The notes under the pieces were generated by a model that had not been told where the DNA came from, did no database searches, and saw only the letters and a program-made list of their open reading frames with translations. The position numbers and the translations under genes are program-made. Of a DNA stretch of 45,132 bases, positions 10,855 to 19,400 are shown piece by piece. This DNA is from an uncultured Bacilli bacterium (GTDB taxonomy: Bacteria; Bacillota_I; Bacilli_A; RF39; UBA660). The stretch spans positions 1 through 45,132 of the forward strand of contig CALVKH010000001.1 in the NCBI GenBank assembly GCA_944332575.1, written 5' to 3'. Within the stretch, counting starts at the first letter, position 1. Each line of letters starts with the position of its first letter.

Positions 10855-13209
10855 ATGTATGATGTTGCTTTAGAAAATATAACAGATGAATTTCAAAAAC
10901 TTTTACGCACAGATAAGTATATAACTTTTAAAGATTACAATACATTTATAGACAAGTACCAAAAAGACTTAGAAAATAATAATTTAAATGATTTAGTCAA
11001 AGAAATAATAAATAACGGATATGCATATGTAGAAAAGCATAATAACGTATTTATTAATAGAAAATTAGAAGAAGAAAAAGAATACTTTGATAAAATGTTT
11101 GATGATATTGACCCAAACATTAAACTAGATGATGAACAAAGAAAAGCAATTTTAAATGATGAAGACTATTCTTTGATTATAGCGGGCGCGGGTGCAGGAA
11201 AGACAACGACTATGGCCGCTAAAGTAAAATATTTAATAGAAAAATGTCATGTATCACCAAGTAAGATTGCTGTAATTTCTTACACGAATAAAGCAACTGA
11301 TGAATTGGAGGATAGAATCAAATATGATTTTCATTTGCCAGTAGATATTATGACTTTCCATTCTTTGGGAATAAAAATAATAAGAAAGTTATTTTCTCAA
11401 CCATTGAAACCTTTATCTGAAAGAGAGAAAAACGATATTATATGTCATTATGTAAGTGACGTTCTATTTAATAACAAAGAATTATTAACCGAATATGTAG
11501 AAACTTTTAATAAATACCAAGATGATAGTTTTAATATGTTTTCCAAAGGATTCGTTGATAATTATCAGAAATTTAATACATTTAACGAATACTTTGAAGA
11601 TTATAAAAGAAGAAAGCAACTGCAAAACAAAGACAATCTAATAAATATTATAAAATATAGAATTGAAAACTATATAAAGCAACCGACTCCTAAATCAATA
11701 AAGAACGAAACAATGAAATCTAGAGCCGAAGCTAATATTGCGAATTTTTTATTCCTAAATGGAATTGATTATAAATATGAAGAACCATATCCTGAAAGAG
11801 TCGATCAAGAAAGAACTTATTTACCAGATTTTACAATAGAAGTTGATGGTATTCCTCTATATATAGAATATTATGGATTGTCGACAACTAGAGAAAACCA
11901 AACTTTAAGTAAAAGGACATATGACAAATATCAAGATATAAGAAAAAAGAAAAGAGAATTTCACAAAAATCAAAATAATAATTATATCGAATTAGACTAT
12001 AGAGTGATTGAAAACGAAATATCTATTAATTATATAGATGATTTAAAAAGAAAGTTATTAAGATATAACGTTAAATTTAAAAGAAGAAGTAATGAAGAGA
12101 TATATGATCAAATATTAAATAATAACATGCAGGCTGAATTTTTCCACTTTGTTAATTTTTGTAACAGTTTAATAAGTACTATAAAATCAAATGTGAATAG
12201 AAATCATATCCAAAGTATTATTAAAGATTATATTATAGAAACAGCGACGACTATCGAAGCTAAAGAAGAAATGTTAAAAGAAGTTAATCTATTTCTAAAG
12301 TTGTACAATTACTATGAATCCCAGTTAATTCCTCAAAATAGAATAGACTTTTCGGATATGATATACTATGCCAATAAATATATAGGTAATATAAAAGAAG
12401 AAAGTAAGTTGGGATATGATTATTTAATAATTGATGAATATCAAGACATCTCACTAGATAGGTATGAATTTGCTAAAAATATTGCTGAAACTTCAGATGC
12501 AAAAGTAGTATCGGTAGGAGATGATTGGCAAACGATATTCTCATTTGCAGGTTCAAGGATAGATTTGTTTTATAAGTATTCAAGTCAATTTCCTGGAGCT
12601 AAGCAATTGTTTATTAATAATACGTATAGAAACAGTCAACAATTAATTAATCTAGCAGGTAGTTTTGTAATGAAGAATCCTTTACAGATCAAAAAGAATT
12701 TGATGTCATCGAAAGCAAGGAAAAATCCAATAAAAATATGTTATTATGAACAGAATCAATATGATATAGTAGAAAGCATTATAGGGGAAATAGTGTCTAA
12801 AAATCCTAATGATAGCATTATGATTTTAGCAAGAAAAAACAAGCATATTAAAAAAATGCTAGAAACACCACTATTTGAAGAAGGAATTGACACAAGAATT
12901 ATATGCAAGAAATATCCTAATGCTTATATTAATGCTATGAGTATTCATAGTTCTAAAGGACTGGGGGCTGATCAGGTAATCATTTTAAATGCTACTAATA
13001 GCGATTTTCCTTGTCCCGAAAAAAATAATTTTTGGTTAATTGAATTATTTAAACCTCAACAGTATGACGAGCAGTTCCCGTATGCAGAGGATAGAAGAAT
13101 TTTTTATGTTGCATTAACTCGAACTAAAAAAGATGTCTACTTATTAACACCTAATGACGAAGATAGGCAATCAGTTTTTATAAAAGAGCTACAAGAGATG
13201 GATAGCTAA
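10855..13209 (+). CDS. UvrD/Rep-family DNA helicase, helicase IV (HelD)-like, with an internal nuclease-fold-like segment
   Basis: Motif I 'AGAGAGKTTTM', motif II 'IIDEYQDIS', motif III 'VGDDWQTIFSFAGS', motif V 'IHSSKGLGADQVI' and motif VI 'RRIFYVALTRTKK'. Insert reads 'ANIANFLFLNGIDYKYEEPY...YLPDFTIE...YIEYYGL'. The start is ambiguous (GTG 10840, ATG 10846 or 10855). I chose 10855 on RBS spacing. Confidence 0.85.
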   Translation: MYDVALENITDEFQKLLRTDKYITFKDYNTFIDKYQKDLENNNLNDLVKEIINNGYAYVEKHNNVFINRKLEEEKEYFDKMFDDIDPNIKLDDEQRKAILNDEDYSLIIAGAGAGKTTTMAAKVKYLIEKCHVSPSKIAVISYTNKATDELEDRIKYDFHLPVDIMTFHSLGIKIIRKLFSQPLKPLSEREKNDIICHYVSDVLFNNKELLTEYVETFNKYQDDSFNMFSKGFVDNYQKFNTFNEYFEDYKRRKQLQNKDNLINIIKYRIENYIKQPTPKSIKNETMKSRAEANIANFLFLNGIDYKYEEPYPERVDQERTYLPDFTIEVDGIPLYIEYYGLSTTRENQTLSKRTYDKYQDIRKKKREFHKNQNNNYIELDYRVIENEISINYIDDLKRKLLRYNVKFKRRSNEEIYDQILNNNMQAEFFHFVNFCNSLISTIKSNVNRNHIQSIIKDYIIETATTIEAKEEMLKEVNLFLKLYNYYESQLIPQNRIDFSDMIYYANKYIGNIKEESKLGYDYLIIDEYQDISLDRYEFAKNIAETSDAKVVSVGDDWQTIFSFAGSRIDLFYKYSSQFPGAKQLFINNTYRNSQQLINLAGSFVMKNPLQIKKNLMSSKARKNPIKICYYEQNQYDIVESIIGEIVSKNPNDSIMILARKNKHIKKMLETPLFEEGIDTRIICKKYPNAYINAMSIHSSKGLGADQVIILNATNSDFPCPEKNNFWLIELFKPQQYDEQFPYAEDRRIFYVALTRTKKDVYLLTPNDEDRQSVFIKELQEMDS

Positions 13210-13227
13210 AAAAATGTCAAAAGGGTA

Positions 13228-13256
13228 TTGCAATCCTCCAGAGGGTTAGGTATATT
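13228..13256 (+). promoter_or_regulatory. Sigma-A-type promoter candidate, TTGCAA-17-TATATT
   Basis: Good -35/-10 elements with a 17-nt spacer upstream of the 13288 gene. Confidence 0.4.
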
Positions 13257-13287
13257 ATTAGTATAATAAAAAAAGGAGGTAGAAGTA

Positions 13288-13926
13288 ATGAAAGGTATGC
13301 ACAAAAGAGTAGGCAAAGTATTTGGTTTGGTATTAACTTTGTTAGTTTTTGCTAGTCCGATGTTTGTAAAAGCTGATCAACTAACACTTAAAACTAACGC
13401 TTATTCAACTACTATCACTACAGGAAGCGAATTTACATTTGTGATGGAAGTAAATCAAAATAATTTTCAAGGCGTAGTAAATTTTGATGGTAATATCCTA
13501 GAATTTGTTGATGTTAAAACCGAGTATGCTGGAGAAAGTGGAGTTTACGGTGGAAGTCTAGGAACAGTTAATAAAGAAGTGTCTAACAATACAATTAACA
13601 TTAACTATACAAAAGGTGATAACCCTGTAACTTTATTAATAACTTTTAAAGTAAAATCAGTACCAGCAAATGGCAAAACAACAATAAAAGTAGTACCAAG
13701 TGGATACACATGGTTTGGACAACCAGAGAGTACAGTTACAATAGTAGCTGCAAAAGAATGCCAAACATCGGACGGAACAGAATGTCCTGTTTGTGAAACT
13801 TGTACAGAATCTGATGAAACGGCAAGTAACAGTAAAGATAGTAACAATATACTATTGTATGGTTCATTAGGAGCTTGTGGTGTATTAGCAATAGCAGTAA
13901 TTGTACTAGCAGTTAAGAAAAAATAA
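13288..13926 (+). CDS. Surface protein with a cohesin-like beta-sandwich domain and a C-terminal membrane anchor
   Basis: AAGGAGG RBS. Signal peptide ending 'FVKA/DQ'. 'FTFVMEVN...FQGVVNFDGNILEFVDV' resembles cohesin-type domains. Four-Cys stalk 'ECQTSDGTECPVCETC'. C-terminal TM plus KKK. Confidence 0.5.
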   Translation: MKGMHKRVGKVFGLVLTLLVFASPMFVKADQLTLKTNAYSTTITTGSEFTFVMEVNQNNFQGVVNFDGNILEFVDVKTEYAGESGVYGGSLGTVNKEVSNNTININYTKGDNPVTLLITFKVKSVPANGKTTIKVVPSGYTWFGQPESTVTIVAAKECQTSDGTECPVCETCTESDETASNSKDSNNILLYGSLGACGVLAIAVIVLAVKKK

Positions 13927-13934
13927 TAATTTAA

Positions 13935-13963
13935 AAGAATGATACCAAAATCATTCTTTTTTT
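13935..13963. terminator. Bidirectional terminator between convergent genes
   Basis: AAGAATGAT / ATCATTCTT perfect stem followed by TTTTT. Confidence 0.6.
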
Positions 13964-13968
13964 AAAAG

Positions 13969-14394
13969 CTACTCTTCGATATAGCCATTTTGGGTTAATT
14001 TTCTAATAATTTCTTTTTCACTAGGTTCACCAGTAAGACGGTTAATGGTGGTTCTTTCTTTACCATTTTCGATAAATATTACCGTAGGAGTACCAAAAGT
14101 TCCAAAATCACTTACTATTTGTGAATATTCTTCTTGGGTTATATTAGAAAAATTTAATTGTTTTGCGTATATTTGATAATCTTCTAATACATTTTCAAAT
14201 CTAGGTGTAAAAACAGCACAGTGTGTGCAACCATCTTGAATAAATTCTAAAATAAATGATTCTTCATTATCTAACATTTCGTATAATTTATCAAAACTTA
14301 TTTCTTCTAAATAGGTAGCTTTAGATTTGCTATCACATCCAGTTGCTAATATAAAAGAAGAAAATAAAATAATTAACATAGCTAATTTTTTCAT
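13969..14394 (-). CDS. Thioredoxin-fold lipoprotein (extracytoplasmic thiol-disulfide oxidoreductase candidate)
   Basis: Start refined to the ATG at 14394. Lipobox-like 'ILATGC'. CxxC 'CTHC'. cis-Pro region 'GTPTVIF'. Confidence 0.75.
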   Translation of the reverse strand: MKKLAMLIILFSSFILATGCDSKSKATYLEEISFDKLYEMLDNEESFILEFIQDGCTHCAVFTPRFENVLEDYQIYAKQLNFSNITQEEYSQIVSDFGTFGTPTVIFIENGKERTTINRLTGEPSEKEIIRKLTQNGYIEE

Positions 14395-14449
14395 AAATGC
14401 ACCTCGAATAATATAGTAACACAAATACAATTTTAACTCAATAAAATGA

Positions 14450-14478
14450 TTGTTTTTTTTTGTTTACTATAGTATACT
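14450..14478 (+). promoter_or_regulatory. Promoter candidate for the Tad-like operon, TTGTTT-17-TATACT, with a T9 tract in the spacer
   Basis: -35 at 14450-14455 and -10 at 14473-14478. The spacer contains the T9 run at 14453-14461. Confidence 0.35.
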
Positions 14479-14512
14479 ATACTTAGTATTAACATAGTAA
14501 AGGGGTTTTCAT

Positions 14513-15205
14513 ATGACTAAAAAAGTTTTGTTACAATTGTTATTTGTTTTCTTTTGCTTTTTTATAGTAGATAATGTATCAGCAGCTTGTACTACTAGTG
14601 AGTTAAATACTTTAAAACAATTAGCATACAATATTAATTTTAGTTATGAATTACATGATGACACATATAATGAAGATCATCGTTATTATTTTGATGTTTT
14701 AGCAACTAATGTTAGTGAAGATTTTTATATAAGAGTATCTAATGGTCTTTATTTTAGTTATGATAATAGTGATAATGGTAATTTATTAATACCACAATTG
14801 ACTGAAGGTAGAGCATATTATTTTGAAATTTATACTTCAAGTAAAACTAATTGTGCTGATACGAAATTAGTAACAAAGACGATAGAATTACCTTATTATA
14901 ATGATTATTCTCAAAGAGAAGAGTGCGTTGGTATTGAGGACTTTGATTTATGTCAAAGATACTATGGAGGATATATCAAATCAGAAGAGTATTTTTTAGA
15001 GCAAATCGAAAAATACAAAGATAGTTTGAATCATGTCGAAGATCCGGAAGAAAATCCAGATGAAACAATAATTGATCAATTTATTGAAATATATACTAGT
15101 AACTTAATAATTTCAATTCCAGTTACTATTGTATTCATAGGTATCATTGTGTTTATAGTAGTAAAGATTATTTTAAATAAAAGAAAAGTAAAAATTAAAA
15201 TATAG
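14513..15205 (+). CDS. Type I membrane protein of unknown function (first gene of the Tad-like operon)
   Basis: Signal peptide 'VDNVSA/AC', an ectodomain of about 170 aa with 4 Cys, an acidic linker, and a C-terminal TM plus 'NKRKVKIKI'. Confidence 0.6.
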   Translation: MTKKVLLQLLFVFFCFFIVDNVSAACTTSELNTLKQLAYNINFSYELHDDTYNEDHRYYFDVLATNVSEDFYIRVSNGLYFSYDNSDNGNLLIPQLTEGRAYYFEIYTSSKTNCADTKLVTKTIELPYYNDYSQREECVGIEDFDLCQRYYGGYIKSEEYFLEQIEKYKDSLNHVEDPEENPDETIIDQFIEIYTSNLIISIPVTIVFIGIIVFIVVKIILNKRKVKIKI

Positions 15206-15215
15206 AGGTGATAAA

Positions 15216-17957
15216 ATGCTAAAATTTAAAAGGAAAAAAAACGTAATTAAAATAATTAGTTTTTTAGTTTTGGTTTTTTTTGCTTCTGTTTTATTAGTAA
15301 ACGCAAATAATGGTAATACTACAGGTGGTTCTGGAGGAAATGAATATTCGGATTGTGACTATGAATATTGTTTTAGCCCATCTAGAAATGGATATGGTAT
15401 AAGATTATCTTTATATGAATATAATGGGACTAATTTAACTTATTATTCTTCGATTGATTTTTGTAGCGGTGGTAGTAGTTGCTTTGATGGAATGAGTGCT
15501 ACTACTACAACAAATAAAGCGGGTAAAGTAGCTTACCAAAATGGAAAATCTTCATTTAATTGGTCTAGTACAGAAACAAAATTAAAGGCTAATACAACTA
15601 TTAAATTTGCTTGTTACAATGATGAAAATTGTAGTTATATCAATGTAGAAAATCAAATAAAAGAATTGTTTAAATTTGATACTCATAGTCTTGATGAAAT
15701 AAGTTCAGCAATAGAAGATATTTTCGGGATAAGGTTATCTGATTTAACGAATACCTATATTACAGTTGAACCTACCGTTTTCTTTTATAGAAAAAGTGAT
15801 AGATCTTACTTTTATGGAACAGCATACGAATTGATAAGATCTGGTGTTGAATTTCCTGGAATGCGCAATGTTATTAGACTTGATACGCCACTTTCCATAA
15901 TGGCATCTAGCATTGCTGCTGGTCAAGTAGATGATTATAATTTTGTATCTTATGATGATAGTGGATTAGTGCAAATAGTTCCTGGAGATTTTAACAAGAC
16001 TCAAACTAATGTAACAAATTCGATGTTAAATACTAAGTATGGACTAGGTATTAATGTCTTTTGGGTTGGGTCTCCTTCTATTGTTCCAACTCCTTCTGGA
16101 ACTTGTCAAAGTACATGTGCTGGCAGAACTGGCGATGATTTGTTAGGGTGTGCAGAAAATTTTTGCCAAGCCAATAGCACTGATTCTGCAAGTAAGGGGT
16201 CTTGTATAGCTTCTTGTGGGTATAATATACCTTCATTTAGCAGTTGTGGTAGTAGCACATCTATAAATGGACAAGATACTGAGTGTGATGCGTCTACAAC
16301 TGCTTCCATTAGTAGTTGTACGGTAGCTAATACTAATACGTATTATAAGACAACTTGTACAGAATCTAGTACAATACAATACGGAAATAGTTTGCCTACT
16401 ACTTTAAGACCAGGTACTGGATTTAGTTATACGCCGATTTTAAGTGGTAGTAAAACTTGTGAAATGATTTTTGAAGCGGATAAATGGAAGTTTGATTATG
16501 CATCTGCTTATACAACTGCAGAAAGAACAAGACTTTTAGGAATTCTTCAAAATTTTCAAAAAATTGATTCAACATCGATTTGGTATAAAGATTTGAATAA
16601 TAATTATAAATATGATTCTAGTAATGCTGATATAACAATAGAAGTTAATGATAGTAAAAATGGAGATAAATCTACTACTAAGAAATTGGAATCTGACAAA
16701 ACTATTAATTTATTAGAAGATGAAATTGAAGTTAGTTCTGGTGGAACAGTTATTGTTCCGCTGTTTGCAAACGGAAATAGAACTAATCAAACTGTATTTA
16801 GAATCATAAGAACTAATTCTTCTAATAAGACTTCATATAAATTGCCCGGTGTCTGTATGCGCACAAGGGATGGGACCTTATATGATGTAGATAGTAATGG
16901 TAATTGTGAATCAAGTAATGATGGACCATATTACGATTATTTTACTGAATTAAGATTAGAAGAAGGTTTTTATGATACTGAGACTATAGTTAATAAAGGT
17001 AGTAGTAATTTAGATGTATCTAATACATGTAATTATAATATTGATAATGGTAATGAACCTGTTTCGTGTTCTATTATTAAAAATGGTGATAGATATGAAT
17101 TAAGAATTGAAAATAAAAATAATTCTAAAATAACATATGGATTATCAGATAGTGGATACAGATTAAATGGTATTACAGTATATAACAGCACTTCTCAAAA
17201 TTTTAAATTGTATGGAGCGATTGCTGTTAATGATAATATTGTAGCTACATGTAATTATGAAGACGAAGTACCGCCACTTCCTCCTGATGATGAGGACAAT
17301 ACGTGTACTGCTCTTTTTAAAGCTGCAGAATATGATAAAATCAAAGATTATTGTGAGACTAATTGGTTAAGTGATACAGCAAATTATTCTAGTGCTAAAG
17401 ATTGTTTTAACTCTTGTTCTTATGGTAACAATACATGTAAGAATAACCCTGATTTTGATTCTAGTGATGAAGCAGCGGTAGAGAGATATTGTGAAGTAAG
17501 TTATTTACAGGATGGTTATAAGAATGAGGCAAGTTGTATAAACGATTGTTTAGATTTATCTAAACCAGACGACGGAGAACTTTGCTTAGGAGTAGCTTGT
17601 GACTATTTGTATCGTCCTATATCATTAATTGATCCTTTCCCAAATAATAGACGTCCTGGCTATAACTGGTATGGAAAAGAAATTTATATCACTGATGATT
17701 TATTAAACCCAGTTTTAAATCCTAGTACACCGGCAGAGTATGTAATAGAACTGTCTCCAGATAGAATAGATACGATAAGAAGTCAAACGCTTAGATATAA
17801 TGCGACACATGAAGGCGGAAATGCATATATTGATTATGTTTACGAAAATGATAATAACCGCGATGGAAAATATGTAAGTAAATTTATTCATGCTAACGAT
17901 ATTGGCGAAGGTGGATTTTATTCTTTCTTTACCTTGATCGAAGGAAAAGGGGTGTAG
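15216..17957 (+). CDS. Large secreted Cys-rich protein (candidate pilus-associated adhesin)
   Basis: 913 aa with an N-terminal signal/anchor. I counted 32 Cys by hand, all after the signal. No LPXTG motif and no C-terminal anchor. GAGGTG RBS lies 10 nt after the upstream stop. Confidence 0.65.
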   Translation: MLKFKRKKNVIKIISFLVLVFFASVLLVNANNGNTTGGSGGNEYSDCDYEYCFSPSRNGYGIRLSLYEYNGTNLTYYSSIDFCSGGSSCFDGMSATTTTNKAGKVAYQNGKSSFNWSSTETKLKANTTIKFACYNDENCSYINVENQIKELFKFDTHSLDEISSAIEDIFGIRLSDLTNTYITVEPTVFFYRKSDRSYFYGTAYELIRSGVEFPGMRNVIRLDTPLSIMASSIAAGQVDDYNFVSYDDSGLVQIVPGDFNKTQTNVTNSMLNTKYGLGINVFWVGSPSIVPTPSGTCQSTCAGRTGDDLLGCAENFCQANSTDSASKGSCIASCGYNIPSFSSCGSSTSINGQDTECDASTTASISSCTVANTNTYYKTTCTESSTIQYGNSLPTTLRPGTGFSYTPILSGSKTCEMIFEADKWKFDYASAYTTAERTRLLGILQNFQKIDSTSIWYKDLNNNYKYDSSNADITIEVNDSKNGDKSTTKKLESDKTINLLEDEIEVSSGGTVIVPLFANGNRTNQTVFRIIRTNSSNKTSYKLPGVCMRTRDGTLYDVDSNGNCESSNDGPYYDYFTELRLEEGFYDTETIVNKGSSNLDVSNTCNYNIDNGNEPVSCSIIKNGDRYELRIENKNNSKITYGLSDSGYRLNGITVYNSTSQNFKLYGAIAVNDNIVATCNYEDEVPPLPPDDEDNTCTALFKAAEYDKIKDYCETNWLSDTANYSSAKDCFNSCSYGNNTCKNNPDFDSSDEAAVERYCEVSYLQDGYKNEASCINDCLDLSKPDDGELCLGVACDYLYRPISLIDPFPNNRRPGYNWYGKEIYITDDLLNPVLNPSTPAEYVIELSPDRIDTIRSQTLRYNATHEGGNAYIDYVYENDNNRDGKYVSKFIHANDIGEGGFYSFFTLIEGKGV

Positions 17958-17962
17958 TATAA

Positions 17963-18469
17963 ATGCAGTCATCAGTATGGGGATATTTGTTCCTAGTATT
18001 AGGATTAGTTGGAATTGTTTTGATTAATTTGTTTGGAAATATTACTGTAAGTAATGAAGACATGTACTATATATTAAAGGAAGTAACTGAAGCTTCGATG
18101 ATTGATGCTATTGATTACCAAGCTTATCGTGTTGGAGTAGGGTATGATGGAGTAACAGAAGATAGTGATCCTGATTCTATGCATTGCATTTCGGGAATAC
18201 CTGGAACTGTTCGTATAGTAAAAGAAAAATTTGTTGAAAGTTTTGTAAGAAGATTTTCGGAAGCAGTAGAGCAAAATCGTTCTTATCAAATTAGCTTTGA
18301 TGATATAGACGAATGTCCACCTAAAGTAAGTGTAACAGTGACGGCAAGAGAGTCTTATGGATGGTTATCTAAAGTATTTGGATCTGGTGCGGGTGACTAT
18401 AATTATGAAACCGATTCTGCTCAAATAGTTAATACTTTAAGCGCTATATTAGAAGATAAATTTAGATAG
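17963..18469 (+). CDS. Pseudopilin-like protein (short polar leader ending in Gly, then a hydrophobic helix)
   Basis: 'MQSSVWG|YLFLVLGLVGIVLINLF' N-terminus followed by a soluble domain of about 140 aa with 2 Cys. Located in the Tad operon. Confidence 0.4.
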   Translation: MQSSVWGYLFLVLGLVGIVLINLFGNITVSNEDMYYILKEVTEASMIDAIDYQAYRVGVGYDGVTEDSDPDSMHCISGIPGTVRIVKEKFVESFVRRFSEAVEQNRSYQISFDDIDECPPKVSVTVTARESYGWLSKVFGSGAGDYNYETDSAQIVNTLSAILEDKFR

Positions 18470-18485
18470 TAAAGGAGAAAAAGAA

Positions 18486-19400
18486 ATGAATAATTTGGGA
18501 TTAAAATTAAAAATGTTCTTAAAAAATAAGAACACAGTAACTATTTTATGTGCTCTATTAGCAATAGCAGTTTTAATTGTAGCTTATAATTGGCGAGTAA
18601 GAAGTGCTATTGATCCAATAAGAGTTCCTTATGCATTAGATACAATTGATCCAAGAACAGAAATTACTGCAGATATGATTGGCTATAGAGAAATTGCAAG
18701 ATCAGCCGTTACTAGTGATGTAATAAGAAATGCAAATGATTTGATTGGATATTATGTTAATGCAAATACTATAATTCCTAAAGGAAGCATGTTTTATAAT
18801 AGTACAATTGTTAAAAAAGAGGAATTACCAGATGCAGCTTTATATGATATGCCTCTTGATGAAACACTTTACTATTTAGGTGTAAATATTACAACATCAT
18901 ATAGTAATTCAATTTTACCTGGTAATTATATTGATATTTATATGCAAACTATAACTACAGATGTCGATGGTACTACTAAAGTTATGGTTGGTAAATTAGT
19001 GTCTGATGTTTTGGTTCGTGCAGTGAAAACGTCTAATGGATTAAATGTATTTGAGTCAAGTGATGAAGCTAGAATTCCAGCAACAATTATTTTCTCGGTA
19101 AAAGAAGATATTCATCTTTTATTAAGAAAAGCAGCTTCTATTGGAAATTTAAGTGATGAGTATAGAATTGATATCATTCCAGTACCTAATACTACAGGGT
19201 TTGATGGAAATAGCACAGAAGGTGTTGTTACCCAAGTAAGTAGTGAATATTTAAGAAATTTCATTGAAGAAAGAAGTATTTATATACCAGAAGAAGATTT
19301 AGTAGAAAATGTTGATCCTAACGAGGATGATACCACTAATGAAGATAATACCACTGGACAAAATAATGGCAATACAAATGAAGAGGATCAACAATCATGA
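18486..19400 (+). CDS. CpaB/RcpC-like Flp pilus assembly protein (TM + SAF-like domain)
   Basis: N-terminal TM. 'IRVPYALDTIDPRTEITADMIGYREI...LIGYYVNANTIIPKGSMF' fits the SAF-domain pattern of CpaB. Acidic low-complexity tail. Confidence 0.6.
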   Translation: MNNLGLKLKMFLKNKNTVTILCALLAIAVLIVAYNWRVRSAIDPIRVPYALDTIDPRTEITADMIGYREIARSAVTSDVIRNANDLIGYYVNANTIIPKGSMFYNSTIVKKEELPDAALYDMPLDETLYYLGVNITTSYSNSILPGNYIDIYMQTITTDVDGTTKVMVGKLVSDVLVRAVKTSNGLNVFESSDEARIPATIIFSVKEDIHLLLRKAASIGNLSDEYRIDIIPVPNTTGFDGNSTEGVVTQVSSEYLRNFIEERSIYIPEEDLVENVDPNEDDTTNEDNTTGQNNGNTNEEDQQS

